Below are positions 22,825 to 31,115 of a stretch of 64,000 nucleotides of DNA, in pieces. Location: assembly GCA_965228475.1 (NCBI GenBank), contig OZ245817.1, forward strand, positions 4,768,262-4,832,261, written 5' to 3'. The notes below the pieces were generated by a model, which saw nothing but the letters and a program-made list of their open reading frames with translations, was not told where the DNA came from and searched no databases. The stretch is from Myxococcota bacterium (GTDB lineage Bacteria > Myxococcota_A > UBA9160 > JAFDDA01). Within the stretch, counting starts at the first letter, position 1; each line of letters starts with the position of its first letter. The translations under genes and the position numbers were made by a program.

Positions 22825-23513
22825 GCCCGGCCGGCTCACGAAGCAGAACCGGCGTCTTCGGCGGCACCTTCAACCCCGTCCACGTGGCACACCTGCGAGC
22901 GGCCGAAGAGGTGGCCGAGGCGCTCGAGCTCACGCGCGTGCTGTTCGTGCCCGCGGCGGACCCGCCGCACAAGCGCGCGGGCGCGCACGACCCGATCGCC
23001 CCGGCGGCGCTGCGGCTCGCCTGGCTCGAAGAGGCGATCGAAGGCAACCCGCGCTTCGCCGTCGACCCGCTCGAGATCGAGCGCGGCGGCACGTCCTACT
23101 CCGTCGATACGCTGCGCGAGATCGGCGAGCGCATCGCGCCCGAGCGGCCGGTGTTCATCATCGGCTGGGACGCCTTCATCGAGATCGACACCTGGAAGGA
23201 CCCGGCGACGCTCTTCGCCCTGGCGGACTTCGCGGTGCTCACCCGGCCGCCGGTTTCCGACGCCACGCTCGCGAGTTTCGTCCCCTCTTGCCTGGCGGAA
23301 ACGGCGCAGGTCTCCGAGGACGGCCGGGAGACCGCGCTCCCCGGCGGCGGGCGCATCGAGATCGTCCCCATCACCGCCCTCGACGTCTCCGCCTCCGCCA
23401 TCCGCGCCCGGCTGCGGGAGGGGCGCTCGGTGCGCTATCTCCTCCCCGAGCGGGTGCGCCAGGCCGTCGAGAGCTCCGGCGCCTACCATCCCCCCCGCGA
23501 CGAGGAGCGCTAG
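22821..23513 (+). CDS. nadD: nicotinate-nucleotide adenylyltransferase
   Basis: Internal ATG of ORF 22338..23513, overlapping the proA stop (ATGA). Motifs GVFGGTFNPVHVAHL, PPHK, and a SASAIR-type C-terminus. Confidence 0.9.
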   Translation: MSPAGSRSRTGVFGGTFNPVHVAHLRAAEEVAEALELTRVLFVPAADPPHKRAGAHDPIAPAALRLAWLEEAIEGNPRFAVDPLEIERGGTSYSVDTLREIGERIAPERPVFIIGWDAFIEIDTWKDPATLFALADFAVLTRPPVSDATLASFVPSCLAETAQVSEDGRETALPGGGRIEIVPITALDVSASAIRARLREGRSVRYLLPERVRQAVESSGAYHPPRDEER

Positions 23514-23520
23514 ACCCGCC

Positions 23521-23886
23521 TTGGATCGCCTCGAGAAGGCTCGCTGCATCATCGACGCCGCGCTGGACCGCAAGGCCGAGAACGTCGTCGCCCTCGACGT
23601 CCGCGAGCTCGCTTCCTTCACCGACACCTTCGTCTTCGCGACCGGCGGTTCGGACCGCCAGGTCCGTGCCATCTCCGACGCGATCGACGAGGCCCTGCGC
23701 GCCGGCGGCGAGCGTCCGCTCGGCGTCGAGGGCTACGAAGACGGGAGCTGGATCCTGATCGACGCGAACGACGCGATCATCCACGTCTTCCGCGAAGAGA
23801 CGCGCGCCCACTACGGGCTCGAGCGCCTCTGGAGCGACGCGCCCTCGATCCCGGTGGAAGACCCGGGCGAGAAGGCCGCGCCTTGA
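23521..23886 (+). CDS. rsfS: ribosome silencing factor RsfS
   Basis: ORF 23521..23886 (TTG start). Motifs ENVVALDVRELASFTDTFVFATGGSDRQVRAI and WILIDANDAIIHVF. Confidence 0.9.
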   Translation: MDRLEKARCIIDAALDRKAENVVALDVRELASFTDTFVFATGGSDRQVRAISDAIDEALRAGGERPLGVEGYEDGSWILIDANDAIIHVFREETRAHYGLERLWSDAPSIPVEDPGEKAAP

Positions 23887-25418
23887 CGCCGCCGCGCCCC
23901 GTCATGCTCGTGGTGCTCGACGGGTTCGGCCTCGGCGACGGGGGCGCGAACGACGCCACCGCCGTCGGCCACACGCCCTTCTTCGAACGGGCGCGCGAGA
24001 GCTGGCCCCACGCGGCGCTCGAAACCTCGGGCGAGGCCGTCGGTCTCCCGCCGGGCCAGATGGGCAACTCCGAAGTCGGCCACATGACCATGGGCGCCGG
24101 CCGCGTGATCGACCAGGACATCACGCGCATCACGAAGGAGATCGCCGCCGGCGGGCTCGCGAAGAACGCTGCGATCGGCGGGGCCGTCGCCGCGGTGAAG
24201 AAGAGCGGCGGCACGCTCCACCTGATGGGGCTGCTCTCGGACGGCGGCGTGCACAGCCACCAGGACCACCTCGTCGCCCTCCTCGAGTTCTTCCACGCCG
24301 AAGGCGTGCCGACCGCGCTGCACCTCTTCCTCGACGGCCGCGACACGCCCCCGAGCTCCGGGCTCGGCTACGTCGAAGCGCTGCTGCCGACGGTCGAGGC
24401 CTGCGGGAGCCACGTCGCCACGGTCTCCGGCCGCTACTACGCGATGGACCGCGACAACCGCTGGGAGCGCGTCCAGCTCGCGTACGATGCCATCGTCGAG
24501 GGCACGGGCGAAACGGCGCCGGACGCGGCGGCCGCCGTCCGGCAGGCCTACGAAGCGAAGACGACGGACGAGTTCGTGAAGCCGACCGTCGTCGAAGGCG
24601 GACGCAAACTCCAGGACGGCGATGCCGTGCTCCACTTCAACTTCCGCGCGGACCGCGCGCGCGAGCTCACCAACGCGCTGACCGGCGTCCAGGCGAAGCA
24701 GTTCGAGGGCGAACTCGAGCGCAAGACGACGGTCGCCCTCGCCGCCTACGTCTGCTTCTGCGAATACGATGCGAGCTTCGGCCTGCCCGTGGCCTTCCCG
24801 AGCGGCACGCCCGAGCGGATCCTCGGCGAGGTGCTCGCGGAGTCGGGCATGCACCAGCTCCGCATCGCCGAGACCGAGAAGTACGCCCACGTCACCTTCT
24901 TCTTCAACGCGGGTGTCGAGACGCCCTTCCCGGACGAAGAACGCATCCTCGTCCCCTCCCCGCGCGACGTCGCCACCTACGACCACAAACCCGAGATGAG
25001 CGCCGAGGAAGTCACCCGCCGCCTGCTCGAAGCGCTCGAGAACAGCGACTTCGACTTCGTCCTCGTGAACTACGCGAACCCGGACATGGTCGGGCACACG
25101 GGCGTCCTGCCCGCCGCGGTGAAGGCGGTGGAGACCATCGACTCCTGCCTCGACCGCGTCACCGCCAAGGTGCTCGCGCTCGGCGGAACCGTGCTCATCA
25201 CCGCAGACCACGGCAACTGCGAACAGATGCTCGACCCGGAGACCGGCGAGCCCCACACGGCCCACACGACGAACCCCGTGCCGATCTACTGGGTCACGAA
25301 CGATCCCGGCGGCCGCGCGCTCCGCAACGGAAGCCTCGCGGACCTCGCCCCGACCGTGCTCGACCTGCTCGGCCTCCCGATCCCCGAGCCCATGACCGGG
25401 CGCTCGCTCCTGGCCTAG
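23883..25418 (+). CDS. gpmI: 2,3-bisphosphoglycerate-independent phosphoglycerate mutase
   Basis: ORF 23883..25418. Motifs VLDGFG, GQMGNSEVGHMTMGAGR, SDGGVHSH, NYANPDMVGHTG. The TTG start overlaps the rsfS stop (TTGA). Alternative ATG at 23904. Confidence 0.9.
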   Translation: MTPPRPVMLVVLDGFGLGDGGANDATAVGHTPFFERARESWPHAALETSGEAVGLPPGQMGNSEVGHMTMGAGRVIDQDITRITKEIAAGGLAKNAAIGGAVAAVKKSGGTLHLMGLLSDGGVHSHQDHLVALLEFFHAEGVPTALHLFLDGRDTPPSSGLGYVEALLPTVEACGSHVATVSGRYYAMDRDNRWERVQLAYDAIVEGTGETAPDAAAAVRQAYEAKTTDEFVKPTVVEGGRKLQDGDAVLHFNFRADRARELTNALTGVQAKQFEGELERKTTVALAAYVCFCEYDASFGLPVAFPSGTPERILGEVLAESGMHQLRIAETEKYAHVTFFFNAGVETPFPDEERILVPSPRDVATYDHKPEMSAEEVTRRLLEALENSDFDFVLVNYANPDMVGHTGVLPAAVKAVETIDSCLDRVTAKVLALGGTVLITADHGNCEQMLDPETGEPHTAHTTNPVPIYWVTNDPGGRALRNGSLADLAPTVLDLLGLPIPEPMTGRSLLA

Positions 25419-26278
25419 GCAGGAACGTCCCCCGGGTCAGTCCGCCGCGCCTCCCTCCGGACGCGCCAGCCTGCCAGGCCCACGAAGGGCGCCAGCGCCC
25501 ACCAGCCCGGGTCGTCGCAGCTCCGGAAACGCAGGGTCGCGACGCGCAGCTCGCGAGAGTCGCCGAAGGTCCACACCACGGTGTTGCCCGCGACGTCGAC
25601 GATCTGCCGCCCGCCGGGACCGCTGTCGAGCACCTCCGTACGTCCGCTGCGAAGGTCATGGGTGACCGTCGCATCCTGGGTCACGCGGTTGTCGACGACG
25701 GGCCCCTGCACCCAGGCGATCCGCTCCCCGTCGCCGTCGAGCCAACCGACGAACAGGTTGCCCGGTGTGAGATCGTGCACGGTGCCCGTGCGGATCTCGT
25801 AGGCGAGAACGTGGCTCCGGAGCACGTCTGGCGCGATCTCGACCCGGCCCTCCCACACGAGCCACCGCGGACCGAGCAGGATGGGCGGGTCGTTCGGCGT
25901 GGAGGGCTGATACACCTCGACGGTCGTGCCCTTTCGGATGTCGTGGAGATAGAGCTCGGTCGAGCTGAACGCATCGCTTTCCGCGCGGCGCCAGACCACG
26001 TGGGTATCGCTCACGTGGAGATGTACCCGGTCCACGTCGGGAACGTTCGCCGGGCCGGGCAGGTCGCGCGTTTCGTTGCGGCGAAGGTCGTGCAGCCGGA
26101 TCACCGAGCCTTCGCGCCAGGCGACGAAACGCCCCGAGGGCGAGGCGACGGCGTCGTAGCCCGAGCGGATCGCATCGCTGACCGTCCGCACCTCGTACTC
26201 GAACGGCGGTCCGCCCCCCGTGGCCGAAGCCTGCGCAGCGAAGAACAAGACCGCGATTCCCAGGAATCCCGAACGCAT
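25415..26278 (-). CDS. secreted repeat (beta-propeller-like) protein with a C-terminal sorting-signal-like tail
   Basis: ORF 25415..26284. The ATG at 26278 is preferred because of a GGGAGG SD. Signal peptide MRSGFLGIAVLFFAAQASA. Repeated ..VW/..HDL strands. The tail is SCDDPGWWALAPFVGLAGWRVRREARR. Confidence 0.6.
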   Translation of the reverse strand: MRSGFLGIAVLFFAAQASATGGGPPFEYEVRTVSDAIRSGYDAVASPSGRFVAWREGSVIRLHDLRRNETRDLPGPANVPDVDRVHLHVSDTHVVWRRAESDAFSSTELYLHDIRKGTTVEVYQPSTPNDPPILLGPRWLVWEGRVEIAPDVLRSHVLAYEIRTGTVHDLTPGNLFVGWLDGDGERIAWVQGPVVDNRVTQDATVTHDLRSGRTEVLDSGPGGRQIVDVAGNTVVWTFGDSRELRVATLRFRSCDDPGWWALAPFVGLAGWRVRREARRTDPGDVPA

Positions 26279-26388
26279 GGGCACCTCCCCGACCTCTCCG
26301 TGAGCCGCAGGACGTTAACGAACGGACCCGGCCGGCCCTCGGGAGGACCGGCCTGCTAGCCTCGCGGGCCCCGGTCCGGCTCTTCCGC

Positions 26389-27027
26389 ATGCGCGCACTC
26401 GCCTACGGGTTCATGGATCTGCTGTTCCCGCCGAGCTGTTTCCTGTGCGGCCGCGCGAGCGCGCGGCCGCTCTGTGGGCCGTGTCTCTCGGCCCTGCGGA
26501 GCACGCCGGCGATCCCCCTCCGGCCGCCGCTCGCGAGTCTCGTTGCTGCTTCCGACTATCGCGGAGAGGTCGAGCCGATCGTCCGACGCTTCAAGTACCC
26601 GGACACCGGGTTCACGCTCGATCCGGCGCCGATCGCGGTCCTCGCGGCGCTGCTCGGCGAAGCGGCGGCGGCGCTTCCGCGGCCGGAACTCGTCGTCCCG
26701 GTCCCGCTCCATCCGCGGCGGCTGCGCGCGCGCGGCTTCAACCCGGCCGGCCTGCTCGCCCGGCGCCTCGCGCGCGATCGCCGCATCGCCTTCGACCCGG
26801 TCGCCCTGCGCCGCACGCGCGATACCCCGAGCCAGACCGGCTTCTCGGCCGCGGGGAGAAGACGGAACGTCCGCGGCGCTTTCACCGCCACGCATCCGGT
26901 CCCGGGGAAGATCTGGCTGGTCGATGACGTCGTGACCACGGGCAGCACGCTCGAGGCCGCGGCCCGTGCCCTCGCCCGCGCAGGCGCGCACGAAATCCAC
27001 GGCATCGCGGTCGCCGCGACGCCCTAG
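26389..27027 (+). CDS. comF: ComF-family phosphoribosyltransferase-like protein
   Basis: ORF 26389..27027. N-terminal Zn-ribbon CFLCG..CGPC and a PRTase motif IWLVDDVVTTGSTL. Confidence 0.75.
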   Translation: MRALAYGFMDLLFPPSCFLCGRASARPLCGPCLSALRSTPAIPLRPPLASLVAASDYRGEVEPIVRRFKYPDTGFTLDPAPIAVLAALLGEAAAALPRPELVVPVPLHPRRLRARGFNPAGLLARRLARDRRIAFDPVALRRTRDTPSQTGFSAAGRRRNVRGAFTATHPVPGKIWLVDDVVTTGSTLEAAARALARAGAHEIHGIAVAATP

Positions 27028-27046
27028 CGTTTCGCTTCTGCGAGCC

Positions 27047-28126
27047 CTAACTCTTCGCTTCTTCGGGGTAGACCGCTTCCAGGATCGCGGCGACGAGGCG
27101 CTCGCGCTGGACCGGCTTCTTGAAGACCACGCCGCGCAGGCCTTCGATGCGGCTGCGCTTGATGATGTGGTTCTTGTCGTAGTGGAAGGCGGTCATCATC
27201 AGGACCGGGAGGCCTTCGTAGCGCTGGTGGATGGCGCGGTAGAGGTCGTAGCCGTCCATGCCGGGCATGACGACGTCCGAGAGAACGAGGTCGAAGCGGG
27301 ATTGTTCGAGCCGCTCGAGGGCTTCGCGCCCGTCCCCCGCGGTCTCTACGACGCAGCCTTCGCGCTCGAGGATCTCGCTCATGCTGCGGCAGAGCCCGAG
27401 GTCGTCGTCGACGACGAGGATCCGCAGGCCCTTCATGCGCGGGTCGGGCTCGTGGCGCGCTTCGCCGCGCGGCCGCAGGTCGATCATGCGCGCCGGGCCG
27501 ACGTACTCGACCGTGGCGTACTCGTCGCCGCGGGCCATCTCGCCGACGCGCTCGAGGATCTCCGAGATGCGCGCCACCTCGCGCCGAACGGCGTCGAGCC
27601 GCTCGACCTCGACGGAGATGTCGGTCTCGCCCGCGAGGTTCGCGATGTCGCTCTCGAGCAGCTCGACCTGGTTCAGCACCACGGCCAGCGGGTTGTTGAT
27701 CTCGTGGGAGAGGCCGATGGCGACCTGGCCGAGCGTCGCGAGCTGATCCTTGCGCAGGATCTCGCGCAGGTCCTTCGCGAAGCCGATCGTGCCGTCTTCG
27801 TCGCCGTTCTCGTCGTAGAGGACCGCGCCCGTGATCGCGACGGGGATCTCCTCACCGGACTTCGCGACGAAGGTGGTCTGGAACGCGTCGCAGATGCCGA
27901 CGCCGCCGTGCCCCTCGCCGCGCATCGCGCTCATCACGCGGCGCGCCTCCTCGAGACTCGGGTAGAGCTTCGCGACGTACTGCCCGAGCGTCTCCCCAGA
28001 GCGGTACCCGAGGATGCGCGTGGCGCCGTCGTTGTAGAAGGAGACGGAGCCGTCCGCGTCGGTGGCGACGATGATGTCCGTCGACCGGGCGATCAGGCTC
28101 TCGAGGCGCTCTCGGGAAAGCGACAT
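27047..28126 (-). CDS. PAS - HisKA(DHp) - receiver protein lacking an HATPase_c domain
   Basis: ORF 27047..28126 (359 aa). PAS (IIVATDADGSVSFYNDGATRILGY), H-box (GLSHEINNPL), then REC directly (ILVVDDD..DLVLSDVVMPGMDG..KP). There is no room for N/G1/G2 boxes and none are seen. Confidence 0.75.
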   Translation of the reverse strand: MSLSRERLESLIARSTDIIVATDADGSVSFYNDGATRILGYRSGETLGQYVAKLYPSLEEARRVMSAMRGEGHGGVGICDAFQTTFVAKSGEEIPVAITGAVLYDENGDEDGTIGFAKDLREILRKDQLATLGQVAIGLSHEINNPLAVVLNQVELLESDIANLAGETDISVEVERLDAVRREVARISEILERVGEMARGDEYATVEYVGPARMIDLRPRGEARHEPDPRMKGLRILVVDDDLGLCRSMSEILEREGCVVETAGDGREALERLEQSRFDLVLSDVVMPGMDGYDLYRAIHQRYEGLPVLMMTAFHYDKNHIIKRSRIEGLRGVVFKKPVQRERLVAAILEAVYPEEAKS

Positions 28127-28136
28127 GACGGAGGTG

Positions 28137-29336
28137 TTACTCCACTCCTTGCTCGGCGAGCCAGCGCTCGGTGTCGATGGCGGCCATGCAGCCCGAGCCC
28201 GCCGCCGTCACGGCCTGGCGGTAGGTCGGGTCCATCGCGTCGCCGCAGGCGAAGACGCCCTCGATCGAGGTCCGCGTGCTGCCGGATTCGGTCTTGATGT
28301 AGCCGACCGGGTCGAGCTCGACCTGACCCTTCAGGAGCTGGGTGTTCGGCTCGTGCCCGATCGCGATGAAGAGCGCCTCGACCGGGATGTCGCGCTTCTC
28401 GTCGCTCTTCACGTCGCGCACGCGCACGCCGGTCACCTCTTCCGCACCGAGCACCTCGTCGACCTCGGCGTTCCAGACGAACTCGATCTTCTCGTTCGCG
28501 AGCCCGCGCTCCTGCATGATCTTCGAGGCGCGCAGCTCGTCGCGGCGGTGGATGACGGAGACCTTCGTCGCGAAGCGCGTCAGGAAGAGCGCCTCTTCCA
28601 TGGCCGTGTCGCCGCCGCCGACCACGGCCATGGGCTTGCCGCGGTAGAGCGCGCCGTCGCAGGTGGCGCAGGCGGAGACGCCGCGGTTCTGCAGGCGCTC
28701 CTCGCTCTCGAGCCCGAGCCAGCGCGCCGAGGCGCCAAGGGCCAGGATCACGCTGTCAGCGGTGAGGCTCCGCTCGGTGGTCTCGATGCGGAAGGGCCGG
28801 CGCGAGAGGTCGATCGTCGTCGCGTCTTCCTTGTAGACCTTCGTGCCGAAGCGCACGGCCTGGGCTTCGAAGAGGTCCATCATCTCCGGGCCGGTGACGC
28901 CCTCCGGGAAGCCCGGGTAGTTCTCGACGTCGGTGGTGAGCATGAGCTGGCCGCCGGCCATGAGGCCGCCCACCACGACGGGCTCGAGTTCGGCGCGCGC
29001 TGCATAGATGGCGGCGGTGTAGCCCGCCGGGCCGCTCCCGATGATCACGACCTTCGCGTGCTCGCTCGCGCCTTCGCCCGAAGCCACGCCCAGGAGATCG
29101 TCGAGCTCGCCCGCCTGTTCGAGGGCCTGGAGGTCGTCGAAGCCGCCGACGTGGCGGTCGCCGATCCAGATCTGCGGGACGGTGCGGCGGCCGGAGCGCT
29201 CGATCATCTCGTCGCGCTTGCCGTCCTCCCGCTCGATGTCGATCTCGGTCCAGGTTTGGCCCTTGCTCTCGAGCAGGCGCTTGGCCATGTCGCAGTAGGG
29301 GCAGGTCTGCTTGCTGTAGATCGTGATCTCGGCCAT
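28137..29336 (-). CDS. trxB: glutaredoxin - thioredoxin reductase fusion protein
   Basis: ORF 28137..29336. N-terminal Grx (TIYSKQTCPYCDMAKRLL, TVPQIWIGDRHVGG) followed by TrxR (VVIIGSGPAGYTAAIYAAR, redox CATCDG, second GGGDTAMEEA). Confidence 0.85.
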   Translation of the reverse strand: MAEITIYSKQTCPYCDMAKRLLESKGQTWTEIDIEREDGKRDEMIERSGRRTVPQIWIGDRHVGGFDDLQALEQAGELDDLLGVASGEGASEHAKVVIIGSGPAGYTAAIYAARAELEPVVVGGLMAGGQLMLTTDVENYPGFPEGVTGPEMMDLFEAQAVRFGTKVYKEDATTIDLSRRPFRIETTERSLTADSVILALGASARWLGLESEERLQNRGVSACATCDGALYRGKPMAVVGGGDTAMEEALFLTRFATKVSVIHRRDELRASKIMQERGLANEKIEFVWNAEVDEVLGAEEVTGVRVRDVKSDEKRDIPVEALFIAIGHEPNTQLLKGQVELDPVGYIKTESGSTRTSIEGVFACGDAMDPTYRQAVTAAGSGCMAAIDTERWLAEQGVE

Positions 29337-29390
29337 GGCGGGAGGATACCCCAGCGCCGGGGACGCCCCACTGCCCCTCGCCTACGTCGC

Positions 29391-31115
29391 CTACATCGGC
29401 TCCGTGATCGGCAGGTCTTCCCAGAGGAGCTGGAGGAAGGTCCCGATGAAGAACGAGAGGAAGGCGAACAGGATCACCGCCGAGGGGAAGACGTGGAAGG
29501 GCGCCATGCCGAGCACCGGCGGGAGGGCGCCGAAGACGGGAGCGGCCGTTCCCGCCAGGGCCTCCACGGAGAGCGCCTGGCCCTCGGCGGACCAGTTGCG
29601 AGAGGCCATGAAGGGCCCAAGCAGGGTCGTGATGACGATGCCGATGCCGACGGCCTGGAGCAGGCCGAGCAGGAAGATCGCCCGGGCCCGGCCGAAGGCC
29701 TCGTCGGGGTCGCGGATCCGGCTGCGGACCTCGACGTAGAGGTAGAGCAGGGTCGTGAAGCCGAGGAGCGACATCACGACCACGAGCTGGGGCCAGGGGC
29801 TGCGCGCCAGGTCCCAGACCTCGTCGATCAGGAACACCGGCGAGTAGCCGACGATGATGCCCGCGGTGATGCGCGGGACGGAGGCGTGGAAGAAGGCGAG
29901 GTCGCGCTTCCAGACGAATCGGTAGACGAAGAACCAGAAGGCCGCGGCGAGGCCCGCGACGGCGAAGGCCGCGGCCACGCCGTCGAAGACCTGCGGCGCC
30001 CGTTCGTAGGCGAAGCCGGCGGCGACGAAGGGCGCCCCGAGGCCCGCCAACGCCGTGAGGTAGTAGCGCGTGCCGTGGATGGAGAGGTGGCGGTCCGAGC
30101 CCGAGCGCCCGCGGCGGAGGTCGGCCTCGTGATGGATCACCGCGGCGCCGTTGGGCACGTCGTACTGGCGCAGGAACCAGGTCTGCAGCTTGCCGAGCAC
30201 GCGCAGGCAATCCCGGTCCTGCGGGCGCCGCAGGAAGGGCGAGAGGTCGCTGCTGCGCTGGAGCTCCTGCCGGTCCGCGAGCAGCACAGCGCGGAGCACC
30301 TCGCTCTCGCGGTCCGCGAAGGGGCTCTTCTCGGTCTCGAAGGCGCGGTTGGTTTCGTCGAGGCAGACGTCCTCGAGCCAGCGGTGGAAGCACCGCTCCG
30401 TCACGCGCACGATGCTCCGGTTCACGGCGTCGGCGTCGCCCATCTGGAGCGTGTAGAAGAGGCCGATCTCCGAGAGGTCGTCCCCCGCATCGAAGGGGTC
30501 GATGCTGCCGTCCACGTAGCCCGCGAGGAAGTCCTTCGTGACGCGCCGCTCCGCCAGGGCACGGAAGGCGCGCAGGGCGACGCGCCGCAGGTGGAACCCG
30601 GCGATGCGCAGGCGCTCCTTGTCGAGCCCCTTGTCCACGAGGAACCGGCTCATCACCAAGGCGAACAGGCCGGCGTCTTCGTAGACGTGGGTGAGGATGC
30701 GCTCGTCCGTCCCTTCGGAGGCTTCGAGGCGGTCCATCACGCGCTCGAGGTAGCCCGGAAGCGTCGCGCCGAGCCGGACGACGGCGTCCTCGGCCTCACG
30801 CCGGTTGGCCTTCGCCGAGATCAGCTGCGGCTTGGTCCAGACGTCCTCCATCTGGAGATAGAGCTCGGCCGGGTCGTGGCGCTCGGCGCGGAAGGAGAAC
30901 GTCTCGGCGAAGATCCGCTCGAAGCCGCTCCCGGTGTCACGCTCGAAGCGGACTTCCCGCGTGTGGAAGGCATAGGTGAAGCGCAGCGTCGTGCGCAGCC
31001 GCTCGATCCGGTACTCGAGCCGCTCGATGCCGGGCCGCCCCGCTGCGTTGCCGGTGACCGCGGAAGTGGCCTTCGTCTCGGGCCCGCTAGAGGACACGCT
31101 GCTTCGGGTTCTCAC
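29391..31115 (-). CDS. large membrane protein of unknown function (soluble N-terminal ~340 aa plus about 6 TM helices)
   Basis: ORF 29391..31115. The C-terminal third is strongly hydrophobic (AAFWFFVYRFVW, LVVVMSLLGFTTLLYLYV, AVILFAFLSFFIGTFL). The start is uncertain because the GTG at 31115 overlaps the upstream gene by 29 nt. Confidence 0.55.
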   Translation of the reverse strand: MRTRSSVSSSGPETKATSAVTGNAAGRPGIERLEYRIERLRTTLRFTYAFHTREVRFERDTGSGFERIFAETFSFRAERHDPAELYLQMEDVWTKPQLISAKANRREAEDAVVRLGATLPGYLERVMDRLEASEGTDERILTHVYEDAGLFALVMSRFLVDKGLDKERLRIAGFHLRRVALRAFRALAERRVTKDFLAGYVDGSIDPFDAGDDLSEIGLFYTLQMGDADAVNRSIVRVTERCFHRWLEDVCLDETNRAFETEKSPFADRESEVLRAVLLADRQELQRSSDLSPFLRRPQDRDCLRVLGKLQTWFLRQYDVPNGAAVIHHEADLRRGRSGSDRHLSIHGTRYYLTALAGLGAPFVAAGFAYERAPQVFDGVAAAFAVAGLAAAFWFFVYRFVWKRDLAFFHASVPRITAGIIVGYSPVFLIDEVWDLARSPWPQLVVVMSLLGFTTLLYLYVEVRSRIRDPDEAFGRARAIFLLGLLQAVGIGIVITTLLGPFMASRNWSAEGQALSVEALAGTAAPVFGALPPVLGMAPFHVFPSAVILFAFLSFFIGTFLQLLWEDLPITEPM

